A stretch of DNA of 64,000 nt. It comes from Piedraia hortae CBS 480.64 (taxonomy: Eukaryota). Where the stretch lies: NCBI GenBank assembly GCA_010093745.1, contig MU005966.1, positions 1 to 64,000 on the forward strand. The letters are read 5' to 3'. Shown piece after piece: positions 60,955 through 64,000 of the stretch. Numbering within the stretch: position 1 is the stretch's first letter; each line of letters starts with the position of its first letter. A program made the position numbers and the translations under genes. The notes beneath the pieces were generated by a model. The model did no database searches. It saw only the letters and a list, made by a program, of their open reading frames with translations, and was not told the origin of the DNA.

Positions 60955-61324
60955 TGTTGGCATGAAGCCTCGTTGCCATGAGTGTACGATGCCACTGCGC
61001 GACACCTCTTACACCAGCAGCTGCACCCTAGGTTTTGTCCTCACAGAGGTTTCCCTTAGGATCATGTCGCATGCAACATAGTGAATGCGCCCTGCTACTG
61101 GCAGAGGTGAGTCATCGAGTAAGACTGCATGCTGGCGGTCTTACTGCATGTATGACCACTTGCTTACGGTCATACAATTGATGACTCTTCATACGAGATT
61201 ACGCAATGGCCTACCGGTCCAGAATATATTCTCTGATGTCCCCTCGTAGATAAACTTGTATTCACTTGTACACACATCTCTACTCTCCAGCCTTCGTTCT
61301 CATTCGCACATATGATCTGTTTCA
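60955..61324. mobile_element. Solo LTR, family C
   Basis: Homology to 7098-7473; perfect TSD AAATG. Confidence 0.92.
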
Positions 61325-61944
61325 AAATGAACAGCAACAATAACTGAGAGTTGTATGGTCGATGGCTTTGTGCATGTCAAGAGTCTACGCACTTATTGAG
61401 TCCTCCGTCGACGAGCGACTGGTTCGTTTTGTTATTTAGCCATGTCTTTGCTATGTCTTTGCTGATCTTCTCAGCTTGTGGAGAGAGGGGGTTAGCACTC
61501 GAATCAATAACTGGAGGAAGAAGATTGCTAAGTGTTCGACCACCCTATACCATCATGATTGGCATGGTAGAGTTCCATTTCGTTTGATTCAGGGGTTGCT
61601 TCCTGTTCCAAGAGTCCATACAAACTACAGTAAACAATTAAGGTCTTTCAGATCGATGACCATACATGTTAAGCTTAGACGGCGAACGTTTGCCGCTAAG
61701 TAGCTTTAAACCAATGATTTGAGCGAGTATCATAGAAGATCATACAGTGCATCCAACCTAAACACAAGCGATCATTATCTGTTTGGCCATGCAATAAATC
61801 AGGCGCTTTGATTGCTTTCACTATCCCATCAATTATTGCGGTGTTTCCACGATAGAATGATGCATGAGTGCTAGGCTCTTACAGTCTAGGGATCACGGAT
61901 ACATAAACGTTTTGATTATGGATACGCATACCGGAAACTAACAT

Positions 61945-62707
61945 TTACCTATTGTCATCGACGCTTGGAACCCAACTTGGCGAGTGTATGCTATTTATAC
62001 CCAGCGTTCTGACAGTCTCACCCAGGCTCCGTGCCCAGTAAACACCCGCGCCACCCCTAGGATAGATGCGGTATCTACCAAACTCTCCACTAAGCTTTCC
62101 AGGAATTAATTCGCAAGGGGGAGTTTCCTCTCCAGTGTTCAAAGCGTTGGGAATAAAAAGCTCCTGAATCTCCTCAACCAGAACACTGTAGTTTCTTAAC
62201 CGGAAACAAGAAGAAAGGTGCTTAAGGCAGTGAATTTCCAGCACTTTAACTTCTCTCACCTGGTTTCTTCCAACGGTAAATGCAGCTTGATAAAACCAGC
62301 AATGCTTCTGCAGAAACTCTTACCGAAAGTCGATAGGTTGAATCTCCAACTTTAGCAAGTCGAGATGGAGGTTTGCGCATTCAAAAGGCAGGCCCCACCA
62401 CGCCTGGCCAATAACCGCGCGGTCCTTTCTGGACGCATCGACAAGCAGTGTTAGTCTCTTGATTGAGGCAAAGGTATCTGGCTGTAAACGTTTCACTCTC
62501 ATCGCGAATGTCAGCGGAAGACACCGACTTCTTCATGCGAAGGGAGGAACGGTGGAATGCAAGAAGTCGAGCCTCGTTGTTGATCTATTTGCAGGCAAGG
62601 AGGAGGGAAAGGTCTTTAGCGCTGCTGGCTTCTTCGAACGCGAGCGCGTAGATTTCATTGCGGATCTCCGGCGGCATCGTTAATAAAGACATTGCGTCGG
62701 GAATCAT
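61945..62707 (-). pseudogene. Pseudogene, family Y, with an F-box-like N-terminus
   Basis: MIPDAMSLLTMPPEIRNEIYALAF...LLLACK*INNEA fits the fungal F-box-like LPxEIRxxIY / LLxxCxQIxxEA pattern; internal stops. Confidence 0.6.
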
Positions 62708-64000
62708 AAAAGGCCGCTGGATAGAGAAAATGTTGGCTAAATAAGGTTGTCGAAGCGTAGTGTTATGCGTACGAATCGACGCCCACGGTAAGAGTGACAG
62801 AAAGTGTGGAGTGCAGTGTGTGGAGTTGGGGGTACGACGTACTTAGGTAATCTAAGCCCCACTGATTTGTGCTCGGCCACCGATCTGGAGCTTAAAAGAG
62901 TCAGTGCGTGGAGAACCGGCCATGGTACCGGAATGCCAAGGGGGCTTAGTCTCAGCTTTGGTGTCAACCAGAGTCATAATTATGTTTCATTTTACTCTAC
63001 CCCGTGCTGTCAGTCGACATGTCAGTTCCGTGAACCGTACTATGGTTCAGCAAGTGGAGGTTTTCCTACAATAGCAGGGAAACCTTCACAGGGGAAGAAA
63101 CCCAGATGCTCCTGAGATACCTATATGCTCACGTTCTCACAGCAACACGGCTCAAAGCCAATTATTGATAAGATAGCGGTATTCATCAGGTTGCCTGGTA
63201 CATGGCGAAGAGAAAAAGTGGATAATCACTCATGTATCGTTTGTTCAATTTTATGTTGGCGTAAATAGCTCATTCTTGCCTGCTTAGCAACAAACGTACT
63301 GCTTCAGATTTCGGCAGTGCATTCGACATGACGACGTCCTTTGACGCGACCACGACCCATGGCGAACAACTTCGGTGAGGTAAAGACCTAGGATGTCCGG
63401 TACCCTATCTACCTCAGTCAAGCGTCTGATAACTTATTATGACATCAGGTGGTGGCGAAACTGAACACCAATTGAGAATATTGCCCCAAGCTTCTGGGGT
63501 TGATACTGATCCTTTTGAGCTATAGCATGATCAACTAACAGGACGAGCCAATTTGTCAATGATATAATGTTTAACTAGTGGATGGCTTGTTACATGCACA
63601 AAGCCATTGACCACACAAAGTTTGCCAACATTCAACTGTCTTCATCTCAGGGTGTACGCCATTTCGCAGTCTATTCCATGTTTCGAGCCCAATATACGTC
63701 TACACCGCTGAATGGGTATATATGATAACGCCCGAACTCGAGACCAATCTCTGCCTGAACTAACCCGATTTGAGGAGCATCACCTTGAAGAAACATGAAG
63801 TCTGCGTAAAACCTCCACGCTGTCTAGAATGTATGAATAGGCACAAAGATAGCTGACATCCAACTGTCGCCATCAAGGCTTGGTATCCGATTTTGGAACA
63901 TACTGCCCGTCTCTCTCAGCATCTCGAAAGTATCGGCCACACTCCGTACCCAGTGTACGCCCGCGCTGCCTAGTGGGCGAATGCGGTATCGTCCAGACCC

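Noticed and set aside
1..64000. CRISPR array, rRNA or prokaryotic operon
   Set aside because: No regularly spaced direct repeats or rRNA-like sequence; the genes have spliceosomal introns.

Overview
Eukaryotic DNA from a filamentous ascomycete (short GT-AG introns of 43-70 bp with CTRAC branch sites; Pezizomycotina-type genes). The window alternates between retrotransposon graveyards and compact gene islands. The graveyards (about 1-16.3, 27.4-47.3 and 59.7-64 kb) hold at least 13 LTR copies of five families, most of them solo LTRs with 5-bp target-site duplications (TSDs), plus degenerate Ty3/gypsy and Ty1/copia remnants and small pseudogene families. Island 1 (16.4-27.3 kb) holds ordinary housekeeping genes: SNX41/ATG20, BolA, a CBM21 PP1-targeting subunit, a PSR-type phosphatase and a PPN2-like phosphatase. 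Island 2 (47.4-59.4 kb) holds the main candidate system, a three-gene cluster: a secreted GH16-like/acyltransferase-3 (AT3) fusion, a second AT3, and a divergently transcribed processive GT2 synthase. This suggests a pathway for an acylated extracellular or cell-wall glycan. The two AT3 proteins each keep only half of the canonical R-x10-H motif, and the GH16 lacks its catalytic nucleophile. Island 2 continues with a ligase-less Trl1 kinase-CPD gene, an amino-acid permease and P5C reductase. Also notable is a 1.35-kb gypsy pol fragment inserted exactly 11 bp inside a TSD-flanked solo LTR. All assignments come from motif reading by eye; no database searches were run.
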